A DNA stretch of 64,000 bases from an uncultured Gemmatimonadales bacterium. Its GTDB lineage: Bacteria > Gemmatimonadota > Gemmatimonadetes > Gemmatimonadales > GWC2-71-9. Position 1 is the stretch's first letter. Each line of letters starts with the position of its first letter. Where the stretch lies: contig CAVSQW010000007.1 of the NCBI GenBank assembly GCA_963730185.1, positions 694,263-758,262 of the forward strand, given 5' to 3'. The position numbers and the translations under genes were made by a program. The notes beneath the pieces were generated by a model. That model was not told the DNA's origin and searched no databases. It saw only the letters and a list, made by a program, of their open reading frames with translations. Below, piece by piece: positions 20,949-33,436 of the stretch.

Positions 20949-21794
20949 TTAATCTTCTTGTGCTGCTGCGTTGTTTCCTTCGTTATCTTGGTTTTGAACG
21001 TTGACGTTGTTGCCAGAGCCTTCAGAGTCATCGCCTGATACTACATGACTATCTTGGTCTGAAGATTGAGATTGACCAATTCCTTGATTAGAACTATTTC
21101 CATCATTGTTATCATCGTGATGGTTTCCTTTGTCATGGTGGTTTCCATCGTCACCATTGTCGTCATTATTATTTCCACTGCTTTGAGCTGCTGCATTGCT
21201 ACCTGAGTTCTCTTGGTTTTGTACGTTTATGTTGTTTCCAGAGAATGCGGTATCATCACCAGATACTACACCACTGCTTTGACTTGAGGATTGAGATTGA
21301 CCAATTCCTTGACTTGCACTGTTACCACCATTGTCGCCATGGTCATCACCATTTCCACTCTGTTGGGCTATTGCATTGTTTCCTTCATTTTCTTGGTTTT
21401 GAACATTCACATTGTTACATGATAAGAATGTCCCTTCACCAGATACACATAATGCATTTTGATCGGATGATTGAGATTGACCAATTCCTTGACTTGCACT
21501 GTTACCACCATTGTCGCCATGGTCATCGTTGCCGCTACTTTGAGCTGCTGCGTTGTTTCCTTCGTTATCTTGGTTTTGAACATTTAAGTTGTTACATGAG
21601 AATAGAGTGCCATCACCAGATACACATATTCCGAGTTGTGTGGATGCTTGTGATTGACCTATGCCTTGACTTAATTCATTTCCTTGAGCAAATGCATTTG
21701 TTGCTATGGAGGACGGTGCCACCAACATAATAAATGCAAAAGCTACAACTGTTGAAATAGATAATATTCCATTCTTTGATGCTTTACTATTCAT
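20949..21794 (-). CDS. Secreted Gln/Asn/Ser/Gly-rich repeat protein, four 48-aa repeats (candidate functional amyloid)
   Basis: Signal peptide ending AFAQ; repeats GNxxxQGIGQSQxSxQxxxxVSGxxxxxSxNNxNVQNQxNxGxNAxAQ. Confidence 0.85.
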   Translation of the reverse strand: MNSKASKNGILSISTVVAFAFIMLVAPSSIATNAFAQGNELSQGIGQSQASTQLGICVSGDGTLFSCNNLNVQNQDNEGNNAAAQSSGNDDHGDNGGNSASQGIGQSQSSDQNALCVSGEGTFLSCNNVNVQNQENEGNNAIAQQSGNGDDHGDNGGNSASQGIGQSQSSSQSSGVVSGDDTAFSGNNINVQNQENSGSNAAAQSSGNNNDDNGDDGNHHDKGNHHDDNNDGNSSNQGIGQSQSSDQDSHVVSGDDSEGSGNNVNVQNQDNEGNNAAAQED

Positions 21795-22263
21795 TTAATA
21801 AGTATAAGTAAAAAAGTATATAAAGACATTTCTAGAAAATTTTTATGTAAGACAATTCTAGAAAATTATACAATGTTTCAGAACAAAACCATAAATTTTG
21901 AAATAGTATATAAAATAGAATCGATAAAGGCTTTGAAGATTTTATAAATAAACAACCGTTCAGGACAAGAACCTTACGAAATTTACAATATATGTGAGAA
22001 TTCCTCATGTTTGATCTGAATAAACAATAATTTCAAATTTACCCCACTTTCTATATCTTCCTATAACCGTCATTTACCGTCATTTGAATACACGAATAAT
22101 TAATAGGCAAATATATTTAGCAGATCATGATCAAATATATCACAACCCTTAAAAACACATTCAAATCTTGAACATCGACTTTGATTATAAAACATCCTTA
22201 GAACTGTTTTAATATACAGTGCTTCATCAAACCCTTTAGTTTTAAAATTGTAATAGCATCCAT

Positions 22264-23013
22264 CTATTTAGAAATCTTGATTATAATCAATTTGTTGACT
22301 CCTTTTCGAAAGTGATACTTGACATTTTTTATGGTATGGGTAACCTTTGAATCGGTTAAGCGAGTCAAATCGCTCATTAGTTGTTCGAAATAGTTAGGTA
22401 AATTTCCATTTGGTGTTTGGACTGGGAAAATTCTGACATCTTGTTTTGAGACTCTAATGAATTCTAGAATGGATTCTAAGTGAAATTCATAGTTAAACAC
22501 ATCGTGATAGTAGAATAGTAAGTTACCACTCAGAACCATATCGAATTCTCGATCTTTAAATGGTAGTTTAGGTAATTTTCCGTAAACGTAGCGGTGTTCT
22601 TTAATCCCCAAAGCATAATCCAACAGGAACTTTTGTAATGGTATATATCTAGCTTTTAAAAGCCCCCTTACATCTTGATAATGTTCGCATTTGTATAAAT
22701 CCATCACTTCTGAAAGTTTTTTTCCCATATGCTCCAGATCGTTACTTGCAATGCTTTTCAGTTTATTGGGATCAACTAACTTATACATTACATCACAGCC
22801 AGTCACAAATTTCATCCCGTACTCGCTGACAGACTCTGAAACAAAAGAAGAAGCGCCAGATGGACAATCCAATGTGTTGAAATTTTTGATTTTTGACAGT
22901 TCGAGGTCAAACATATCCACATATTCTGAGAATGACCTTCCGATGAATACTACTCGGTCCAGATTTAAGGAATTTATATCGTTTATCTCTTCTGATCCGG
23001 CATTGTCTTTCAT
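22264..23013 (-). CDS. SAM-dependent methyltransferase
   Basis: GRSFSEYVDMF, LDCPSGASSF, LPKLPFKDREFDMVLS. Confidence 0.8.
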   Translation of the reverse strand: MKDNAGSEEINDINSLNLDRVVFIGRSFSEYVDMFDLELSKIKNFNTLDCPSGASSFVSESVSEYGMKFVTGCDVMYKLVDPNKLKSIASNDLEHMGKKLSEVMDLYKCEHYQDVRGLLKARYIPLQKFLLDYALGIKEHRYVYGKLPKLPFKDREFDMVLSGNLLFYYHDVFNYEFHLESILEFIRVSKQDVRIFPVQTPNGNLPNYFEQLMSDLTRLTDSKVTHTIKNVKYHFRKGVNKLIIIKISK

Positions 23014-23428
23014 CTTAGAATTATAAGACCCACAAGAGAAAAGGTTTTCAACTTGAGCAATACTGCATTGCTATTGAGTTTTTGCTGTTATGTTGAAGAG
23101 AATTTCAGGATTGTTCGAATTAAATAGACTTTACAAGATAAACAAGGGTTTTTGTTATTTCAGTTTTCTCCTCATTAATTTTTTAAATACTATTATGACT
23201 AGACTGCTAGATCCACTGATCACATAATATTAACAAGCGAAACTAATTCCTGTCTCAGAGTACATCCCCAAAATCCAATACGAGAACGCAATTTTGTGGA
23301 ACCTTAGCATTGTTTTGCTGAGAAGATTATTAAGAGTTCTGGCATGGTGTCACTATGTAAGCCTTTACTATCATTGCCTTTGTAGTGAATTAATAATTTA
23401 TATCAACTATTTCTTGCTTGAGCAAAAG

Positions 23429-23980
23429 CTAATCTTTAAATTTAAACCTAATTGTGGTATTACTAATAGTCACATTGACAGTTTTGTTAAAAATTTCATT
23501 AAACATAAGTTCTATTACAATTTTGTGATATAGAGACCAGTTTTCACCCAACTCGTGTTTTAAAACATAAACGTGGTAACCATCCTGAATCGTATGATTA
23601 GTTTCGGTATGAGAGTTAGACATCCTTGTTTCGAACCACGAAAGGAAGGATTCTAGATCCATACGGTTCTTCATAAATAATGCTATATCATGTACTACAT
23701 CCTTCCCTATCTCAGTAGCCATGTTGGATATATCCTCTTTAGTCATCTTGCTAAATAACTGGATTACTATAGGCTTTGCAATCGGGATCATTCCAACTTT
23801 TGGTTCAAACATATCCCATTCTACGTAGCGCTTGAGAAGCTGATTAACTAGGCTGTTTAAAGTAATTTGATTATGTTCGGATTCTAATCTTAATATTCTT
23901 AATACATTCTCATCTAATCGAAATGTCATAGTGGCAGTTTTTTTGGATTCACCATAACTTGAGTTCCCAGAATCATGCAT
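23429..23980 (-). CDS. Hypothetical protein with N-terminal ribbon-helix-helix-like domain
   Basis: TMTFRLDENVL...ITLNSLVNQLLKRYVEWD. Confidence 0.6.
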   Translation of the reverse strand: MHDSGNSSYGESKKTATMTFRLDENVLRILRLESEHNQITLNSLVNQLLKRYVEWDMFEPKVGMIPIAKPIVIQLFSKMTKEDISNMATEIGKDVVHDIALFMKNRMDLESFLSWFETRMSNSHTETNHTIQDGYHVYVLKHELGENWSLYHKIVIELMFNEIFNKTVNVTISNTTIRFKFKD

Positions 23981-24448
23981 TCAGGAATACTAGTAATTTA
24001 TATAATAATATCTTTTGTTTGTTACCTCTTTAGACTAGTTAATTCCTTTTTCTAGTCCTCAATGGATAATTGCAACAGGGACATCTTATTCCACTAAACT
24101 TTATGTATAAACTGCAACCTGTGCATCTTTTATATCCTAAGGCGTAAACAGATTCTTTTCCTCCACCCACTCTGTCATACCTTAAGCATAAGCCTTTGCA
24201 TACCAACATCTCATAAATTATATTTGAAAGAATTAAATCTTAAGTCTCTGTTGCAATCAAATGCAATCGCGTCTCGTAGACTGAGATATTCGTTAAATAA
24301 ACTATTTAATCATATTGGTTGTGTAATTCAGGTACTCTTCAAAGTCTGATCTAGTTAATGAAATGAAATAAACCAGGTTATATTTTAAATTCGGAATTTT
24401 ATTATTTAAAAGTTCGACTTTTAAATATCTTGTTGTTTAAAATAGGGT

Positions 24449-24652
24449 GTGAAATATCATATTTTATTTTTAATAGGGATTACATTGTTAACATTTAGTC
24501 ATCTAAATTTAATTTCGGCACAACTAAATGAAAGTGTAGATAAATCTTCTTCGACAGAGCCATTGTCAAACTTCGTCAACGCTTCTAATTCCAATAACTC
24601 CAATATGTCAAATATTACTACACCAACGGGTAACGCCAATACCTATCGATGA
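24449..24652 (+). CDS. Small secreted hypothetical protein
   Basis: Signal-like N-terminus ending ISAQ, Asn/Ser-rich tail, TATA-like element upstream. Confidence 0.4.
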   Translation: MKYHILFLIGITLLTFSHLNLISAQLNESVDKSSSTEPLSNFVNASNSNNSNMSNITTPTGNANTYR

Positions 24653-24922
24653 GCCCATTTTTTGAATTTTTCGCTGAGAATAGATATTCTCGTGAAAATG
24701 AGCTTATATTTCTAATCTGTAGAATTTAATTTTTTAATTATAATGGCGATTTAGTTTTTTTATAATAATAGAGCGGGGTACTGAGAATTTAATGCGATAA
24801 GTTTTGATAAATTACACAATAAATGAGAATAAACTTAGTAAATTTTATAATAAATAAATGATATATTGCCTTCATATATTAATTATTTCATAGTTTAAAT
24901 ATTTTTGACATCAAATAATATT

Positions 24923-25517
24923 ATGTCTTCAAACCCTAGTTTTAACGAGAGCCCCAATCACTTTATGGTGCTCGATGCTGTCGCTCGAGGAATGAAAAAA
25001 TTAGACAGTGTTGCAAAAGTTACGAAATTATCAAAAGATCAAGTAGAACTTATAATTAACGACTTGAAAAATCAAAAGCTTTTAAATGTTGTGATCAAGA
25101 AAGGCTTTTTTGGAAATAAAAAAATGGAATTTTTTATTACCGAAACTGGTTCAAAACTACTCAACTCAAAGAAAGAAGAACTATCATACAAATCACAAAA
25201 GCTTCAACAGACTTTATGAAACTGGAAATAAAACCCAAATGCAAAGTTACATGGACGATAATAGAATGTGGATGCCCATGATGTTATTTTCTGGAATAAT
25301 GAGTATGGTAATGTTTGGATCAATGATGTCGTTCATGGGGATGGCCATGAATCCAGCTGAAAGTTCCCAAACTGATGGACAGGTAGATGATTCTAGCAGT
25401 GGTGCGACTGATTCGGGTAGTGGTGCAGATTCAGGGTCCTCCGATATGGGAGATACAGGTGGTGCTAGCGACTTTGACGCAAGTGGTTTTGACACTGGAG
25501 GGTTTGATTCTTTTTAG
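24923..25517 (+). CDS. Winged-helix domain protein with Met-rich segment and acidic Gly/Ser tail; one frameshift
   Basis: VLDAVARG...VAKVTKLS...ITETG wHTH; ORFs 24905..25219 and 25110..25517 join. Confidence 0.65.
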
Positions 25518-25678
25518 GGTATATCAAACTAGATAGTCAGTTTAACAACATTATTTTTTGCATAACCCCTCAACCCTTTCTTTTTTAGAATTAAAAAAAT
25601 TAGAATCTAAGATCTTGTATGTTGGACGGTCAGGATTATAGCATGTATTCGATTTGCTAGATTCTATTTACACTATTA

Positions 25679-26077
25679 TCAATCTCGGATAATAGTGTTA
25701 TTAGTTGAAGTAACTACAATCGGACCTTTTAAATGATTCCATGCCGGATCATAGTAATCATAATTACCAGGATTTTGCAAAGTTACATTGTAAGACTCGC
25801 CGGGACCAAAATAATCACCATAAAATATGTTAGACGGACCCTGATCAGGTGATCCGGAAACAATAGAATGCAATGTAGAATCCTTATTTAACCAAGTAAC
25901 GGTATCTCCAGAATTTATGGTAACGTTTTCAGGAGAAAAAGGATTCTGGCTCCTACCATCTGTAGCACCAGGGTTTATTATAATTATCGAATCATTCCCC
26001 TGAGAAAATACTTGAGATCCACTAATACACAATATAGGAAGTAAGAACAAGCAAGTGAAAACAATCTTTATTCTCAT
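25679..26077 (-). CDS. Secreted cupredoxin/plastocyanin-like protein with non-canonical ligand loop
   Basis: FSPENVTINSGDTVTWLNKD..HSIVSG; C-term YYDPAWNHLKG. Confidence 0.8.
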   Translation of the reverse strand: MRIKIVFTCLFLLPILCISGSQVFSQGNDSIIIINPGATDGRSQNPFSPENVTINSGDTVTWLNKDSTLHSIVSGSPDQGPSNIFYGDYFGPGESYNVTLQNPGNYDYYDPAWNHLKGPIVVTSTNNTIIRD

Positions 26078-26385
26078 AATTACAATCTGGTAAAATATTA
26101 TCTAGTATATAATTATGATCGTTTATTAGGAATTTGCTCAAGCCTATTGATTAAAGATATCACTATGTTCCAATCTCTCTTCAGATATTAATTTTCTAAT
26201 GCGAATCTATTTTTCAATTGAAGTGTACCTTAAAAAAACTATCAAATTAATTGTTCATTGTTCATCACTACGTTTTCCTGACCCGAAGTTTCTTTCAAGG
26301 TCACAAAAATGAAAAAAAAGAGGTCCACATATTTCGTTCGAGATATACGTGTGCGCGCATATTTCAACTATCAATCATCTTTGTA

Positions 26386-28105
26386 TTAATTTACAATGAT
26401 TTGTCCAACCATTGATGGATGATAAAAACAATAGTAAGGATAGGTTCCAGAATCATCAAAGGTAATACTATAGTATTGATTTGGTATTATCGCTTTAGAA
26501 TCAAAGGATTGCCTTGAATCATCCTCATTATCGTGTCCAGAGGTAACCGTATGAGATATAGTATCACCGTTGTACCAAGTTATTGTTTGTCCTCTTTGAA
26601 TTGTAATTGGGTTAGGAGTGTATGACTTGTCTCCTTTCAAACCGGCTATAACCACAGGTTTAGTATTTTCAGATGAGGATGGAATCTGCTGATTAGTGTC
26701 ATCATGATTTAATGATTCATCTTGAGGATTACTTTCTTTGCCTACGTTTGAAGTTACACCGTTTGTTGCAGGCACGATCCTAAATAATGATCCAGTATAG
26801 CTCAAGATGTACAAATATCCATCCGGACCTACTTCGATATCGGTAATGCCGCCAAAACCCTGGCCAAATACTAGGGGTTGATTTTCTTTGGGATCGTTTA
26901 TCTCCTTGTCTGACAACGGATTTACATTTGCAGAATTTTCACTAGTTACTTTTAGGTCATCTCGTGCGTCATTTAATACAAATCGGTACAACAATCCATT
27001 ATTTATGTCTCCTACAAACATATCATTTTGATACTGTTTACCCAACTTATCCGAATTCATGAATTTTAGGGCAGTAATTCCTATTGGGGTAACCCAATCT
27101 TAGTTTCGGCTCAGAATAGGAACCTTTACCAAACATTACGAGATCATCTGGACTTGCTCCTGTTCCAAGGAGATCTTTTTGGGATGGACCCTGAATCAAG
27201 GCCCAACCGCTATTAAATCCAGGATATACTAAATTAATTTCATCGCCTGTAAAAGGGCCATTTTCTGTATCCCATAAATTGCCTGTTAATGGATCAAAAT
27301 CCATTCCAAAACTGTTGCGTATCCCCATTGCAAAATACAAACTAAGCGGAAGTGAATCACCAAATATTGAGTCAGTACTCACAACCTTTCCTTCTTGAGT
27401 TATTCTCAATACTCCACCCAATCCATTAGGTTCAGGGCCGTTAGCAGTGTTCTGTGCCTGAGTTCTATGGCCACCCACTTCACCGATAATGTAGTAAACA
27501 TTATTATCTGGGCCAATTCGAATTTTGCCACCATTGTGTTCACCCCTACCGTTATCCGGGATTGCAGGAAGATCCAACAAAAGGACTGGATTTTTCAGGT
27601 GTCCATCGGAATATTCGTATCGATATAAGCGATTACCAGAAGGATTTATATTCTCACTCACATCGCTTCCATCCTTACTGTTTCCTGATTCCGTATAAGA
27701 CAAAAATACGAAAATTTGTCCATCTGTTTGCTTTGAAATTGCTATCCCCAATAATCCTCTTTCTATACTACTTGCAACGCTTACATCCAAGGGAGGGTCA
27801 TCTTGTAACTGACCATCCAATACCCTCATGACCTTCCCAGTTTCTTTTTCGGTAACTAAAATATCATTGGGTCCTAAAAATGCCATGCTAGTTGGGATTC
27901 TTAGGCCGTCAACCACTTTCTCAACCATCAAATTATCATCTTCAACAGTAGGACCATTGGGGGCCTGTGGTGCTTTTACATATGCGCTAAAAGAAATATT
28001 CAACATACCAATTGGTGAAGACATTACCATCATGGAAATTAAGAAAGTTGAGAACAATATTAAATGGAAATTTGAATACTCTAAGTGAAACTTTATCATA
28101 CACAA
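26386..28105 (-). CDS. PQQ-dependent glucose/sorbosone dehydrogenase family protein fused to C-terminal blue-copper domain; one frameshift near 27080
   Basis: ERGLLGIA, HNGGKI, GIRNSFGMDFDP, DEINLV, GPDGYLY; then HTVTSG...YYCFYHPSM. Confidence 0.88.
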
Positions 28106-29255
28106 CTCAACATCAGTATCTTATTAGTAACACCGAAATACCCTATTAGCAGGTCTGCTAGGACCACCTTACACATGAAAACATCATTTCTATTTTCATA
28201 AGTATTATCGAACAATTCTGCTTGCTTTGAAATCATTATTCATAGTTTCAAACTCGATCAAATTATTATAAGGTATAGTTGTTTGCACACTTATTTTATA
28301 TGAAATATCTAACAACTCCTGATTGCAACATTAAAACTGAGCAAATTACAATAGTAAAATCCATTATGCCTTCTGCATCTAGTCATTTTCTCTTATTTAC
28401 TTTATTTATGCGACTTAAAAGAGGTATGATACAACTAACTAACTATGATTAAATTACATATAGATCCGATAGATTTCATTTAGATATTTGTACTATACCC
28501 CTTCATAATTAAAAAACCATTAACGCCTGCTAGATTCACTAATTACCACAAGTATTCTGATAAACCATTATTACATACAATTTAGGTTCAAATGGCTCCC
28601 CTATCCAAAACCATGCCACAAATCCGCTGTAATCTGAGTCAATCATAATGGCCTTTGAAAGATATATCATTACCCAAATGTTATCTAAAAATGGTTATTA
28701 ATCTATGAATAAAAAGCATATCGACAGAAAATTTAATAGCAATAGCATTAAAGACAGCAGATGACACGCAAACCATATATGTCACCTATTTTTGATTTGG
28801 ACGGAACGGTCTCTCAATTTAAATCATCATTGAAACAGCCAGTATTTGCACTCTGTAAGATATTTGTATCAAAAACTTCTGACCCTTTGCTATAATTTTA
28901 AATTCATTATAATCGATTTTATCTAAATGATCAATTATTGTCGACTTTTTTATGAATTTCAAACTTTAGAAGGCAACTCAAATGAAACTGAGAGTCTTTT
29001 CACAACTTTGGTCAGTAGATTCTGCTGCACACGTGCTGGAAATACAAACCGAAACTAACATTTTTCAAAATTATTTAAATTGTTTATGTGTGACCAATTA
29101 AGTTAGATATTCAAGATTTCTGCAGCACTACTGAGCCTTTAGAAATTGGAATGTAATTTTTGATGGTGTATTAATTGGTAAAACATATCTATTTCAAGAG
29201 AGCGTATAAATCTCAATAAGATTAAACATTCAAATCAAAAATTAGACAAGGTTTA

Positions 29256-31522
29256 TCATTTAGTATCTCCCTTTTTAGATATATCGTTTTTGGGACTGTT
29301 GAGTGAATCAACTAATGGCAATCTAAACGAGAATGTTGCACCCCCCTCGTTTTGAGGATTGTTTTGGCCCCATAATACTCCATTATGCCTGAATATTATT
29401 TTCTGAGAAGTATATAGCCCTAATCCCGACCCATAGAACCATTTTGAAGTAAACTTTGTAAACAGTCTAGGTAAAATCTCGGGATGTATTCCCTCTCCAT
29501 TGTCTCTAATATGTACAGTTACCTCATCTCCACTATGCTCGAGAGTTATTGAGATTAAACCTTTCTGAGCATCACGCATGAAATTGATAGCATTATCAAT
29601 AATGTTGGTTATAACCATTGAAATCTGGAATTTGTTAGCTTTGACGACAAATTCGGATTCTAACCCCTTACAATCAAAACGAATTTCTTTTCTTGTTGAT
29701 AAAGGTAATTTAGTCAGATCCTGAAACCTTATTTTGTAGTTATCAACTATTTCAATAATAAGCATAGTCAAATCAAAGACATCTTTTGAAGTATCTGACA
29801 AGTAACCCTCTAATTTAGTGGCGGTAAGAACATTTTCTATAAAACTGTGTAATCTGGCCCCGTTTTCAGCTATTGTAGATAGTAGTTCCTTACTCTCTTT
29901 TTCTTTAGTATGTTCTTTTACTATATCGGTTAGACCAAGGATGGATTGAAGAGGTGTTCGCAGTTCATGAGCGATAATATCTATGAATTCTCTCTGCATA
30001 TTGTCATAGGTCTGAAGTCTTTGTAAGGATTTTTCTAAAATCTTAGACGTTTGTACATATTTCCACAAGGAGTCAAACATTACTGCATATGATTCTGATA
30101 TTTGAGAACTATCGGAGTAGGAAGATATGCCTATATAGTCAAGTAAATCATCCGACTGAGTTTCTCTTTGTTCTACCACTACAGATTTACATCTGTCGAC
30201 TACAACCATGCCCATCTGCAACCCATTGCTTTTGCCATATAATGATCTGATTATCATATTTTCAATGCTTTCTATAGTGAATTCGTACATCTTGTCATTA
30301 TCACCCATAGCTTGAACATTCATGTCTTTGAACGACAAACGAAATTTGCCCTTCCCAAATGTGTACATCGCTTTTTTCGGACGGTAATTCTATTTTTCCT
30401 GCCACAAGGATTTTGATTATAGGTTTTTTTTCTTGTGTCGTATTCATCATGTGATCGAACATTCCGGCATTAACATGTCTTTGAAACACTTCAAAGGATG
30501 GAAGGATCTCTAAAATTTCATCATTAGCTGGATGCAATCAATTCTTTAATTATAAGAATTGTTTTTTCAGGACTATCAATTATCTTTATGACAATTACCT
30601 TCTTGTCATTTTTGAATTGCGAATATCTTCGGCGAATTGGCGTTCATTCCGCCACCATCTGCACATAAAGTTAAAGCGCTGAATGTATAAGGCATCGTCA
30701 CTGTAAAGCACACTCTCGGCCATATCTTCATGACTCATTCGCTCTATAGTGGCCATCATATTAAAATTAGTAACTGCAAAGTATAGAGGAGGTTCCTTTT
30801 TTAAGTGCCGTACTTCTAAGTTCAATTTGGTATACTTTCTCACCAAATCTAAGTTGTATTTAGATACTTCAACTAATACCTTTATTCCCTTGTGATCATC
30901 TAAATTTATCTTATTTTGTATTTGTTTTACCAACTTTAGAAAAAAGTCATGACCGATCTCGAGGCCTTCTGTTGAGGCAACCAGGTCAATCTCATTTGCA
31001 TTGAAGATAAGTTTTCCCAACTCGACCTCATCTAATGATCCTTCCGATCTACTCAAAATCTCAGTCCTGTAATTGATAGATTTAGGCTTCTTCAATCTCT
31101 TTGATTTTTTTAATTGCAGGAACAGCATTTTTACACATCGTATCAAATATGTATTGTCCTTGAGACACCATCTCTTCTGCGTTGCTGTAAATCACATCGG
31201 TTAACGGCTCTCCCTCCTTTAGAATTGTAGTGGCCATGTACTCTAATTCGTTAATCGCAATCCCTCCTTTCATTCCATCCATGTGACGTAATTCAGTCAC
31301 CAACTGAAGTAGTTCCTTGCATTCACCAATGTTCTCATGTGTGACTTCAGTAATAAACCTGATTGTAGCCCCCCTTCGTAAAATGTCAAGGTAGCCTTCG
31401 CGATATTGAGGGATCCCGACAACTATTGAAGGAGCTTTGTTATCGAAGGTAATATGCATCCTTGATTTGGTATTTTGCATAAATTCCACGCCCTTTTCTA
31501 CCGCATTTTTGGAACCATACAA
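29256..31522 (-). CDS. Thaumarchaeal sensor histidine kinase with repeated N-terminal domains; several frameshifts
   Basis: AHELRTPLQ, NIIDNA, DNGEGI, GSGLGL; ORFs at 31082, 30595, 30301 and 29256 are collinear pieces. Confidence 0.82.
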
Positions 31523-31952
31523 TATCTCTGATTTCTTTTTTGTGTCTGGCTATCTCTTAATTTTACTCAAGATATCTATACTCAGCAATACATAATAAGG
31601 TTCTAGTCCTTGTGATTCTCGACAGTAATCACGATTGTTTGGTAAATACCCAAGATAAGCGTGGGGAATGGAATTCAACTCCATTAGGGTATTGAGTGAT
31701 TATGTCATTTTAAGAAGGTCCATTCTACGTGTAGTGGTATTTGAACTCCGCAGTTATAATCGAAGAGGCAAGACATCAATAAATTTCTAAATCATTTTAA
31801 AAAAAAATAGTTAATTCTAAAAGATCAGAGGAATACCGAGCAGCGCCATATATTCGAGGATCAAGTTAATTGTAGTTTCTCACCTTGTGAGGTATGTGAA
31901 ATATACCGCAGACCGTGTGTAGAATTGACACCAGGAATCTAATGCAATGTTA

Positions 31953-33149
31953 AGAGCTGTGTAAATGACGAGATATATTCATCTGTAAACTAGTTGTGCT
32001 TGTTTAGATGACACAACAACACCTTTAGCTTACCATTTTGGATTACCTTCATTATGAGGGATACTTTCCTCAGATTACTTTCAGATTATGAAAGAAACAT
32101 GTTATATGATATGATGGAAGATGATGAAGAATCCAGTTATCGGGCCAAAATAATCTTACTCAAGGATGAAGGATATACAGTTCCAGAAATAAGAAGAGCA
32201 ACCAATCATCATGACATCAACATAAGAAAGTGGATACATCGATTCAATGAGAAAGGTATTGAGGGAATCATGTCCAGAACATACACAAACACAAACCAGT
32301 CAAAATATCGGTCGATATAGAAACAAAAATAGTTGAAATAGCATCCAAGAATCCAAAGAAGGTTATGGACTACCTCCTTCTCGACATGGTCTTTAAGGGT
32401 ACTGGCAGGGTACGTATCAAAGGAACTAAACCTTGTGGACTCTGTAAGTCACACCGCGATTAGAAACATACTCCTAAAACACGGAATAAAGTATCATCAA
32501 CAATCAAAGATAACCTTGGGAAACAGCTCCGATCCTGAATATGATTTAAAAAAAAGAGGATTGAAGAACTAAGATATGGCATAAATCTGCCACCTAATTC
32601 CGTCCTACTTTATGAGGATGAGAAGGGTCCTGTAGCAGCAAAAACATATGGAGGCCCCTCATGGTCATCCATTCAATCCAAAGTTAGTAAGGCCCAGAAG
32701 ATCAAGGGATTGCTAAACGTGTTTGGTGTCTATGATTATACAAACGACCAAATGTTGACCCATCCACAGCTACAAACGTAAGACAAGCAGACAGTTCCTG
32801 GATTTTATTAAACAAGTTGACAGAAAGTATGATGACAATACTCAAGCAGATATTTCTAGTTTTAGATAACGCATCCATACACAAATCAAAGATAGTAAAA
32901 GAAACTCTAGCCAGATATTATCCAAGGATACACTTGGTATTTCTTCCAACCAGAACGCCTGAACTTAATCTAATAGAAGTTAGATGGTTATGGTTGCACA
33001 GACAGGCGATAAACAATTCCACATTTGAAAATGAACAGGAGATTGGTAAAGCCGTATCAGATTGGACATGTGATTACAACAAAAAGCATGGAATCAGAAC
33101 AAGCACAACTAGTTTACAGATGAATATATCTCGTCATTTACACAGCTGT
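31953..33149 (+). mobile_element. IS630-family insertion sequence, transposase frameshifted
   Basis: 52-bp terminal inverted repeats (1 mismatch), TA on both flanks, HTH ORF, DEKG, LDNASIH, PELNLIE; A8 run near 32547. Confidence 0.93.
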
Positions 33150-33436
33150 TAACTGTCATGGAAACACATGGATACTTTCATGTAAACTAATCATGTTCGC
33201 TTAGATACCTTGATCTTTTGTTAATTATTTTAACTCTTCATATGAGGGTATCTTCCTCCTTGACAATATTGCTCATAGCTGGCTCCATACTCTACTAAAA
33301 GAAAATGGTAAGGGACCACGGGCAGCCAAAAGATAGGTCATAATACATATCCTCCAAACACCCAAAAGTATTCAATAGTCACCGAAAGTATGGCTTCCTA
33401 ACCGTGTTTTTGAGTCAAACATTGTAATACCAGCGG

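Noticed and set aside
21245..21730. His/Cys-rich plus-strand ORF
   Set aside because: Antisense shadow of the Gln/Asn repeat gene
32006..32015. AGATGACACA match to the 11-bp array unit inside IS630 (similar near 28759)
   Set aside because: 9-10 bp matches can arise by chance; no further homology
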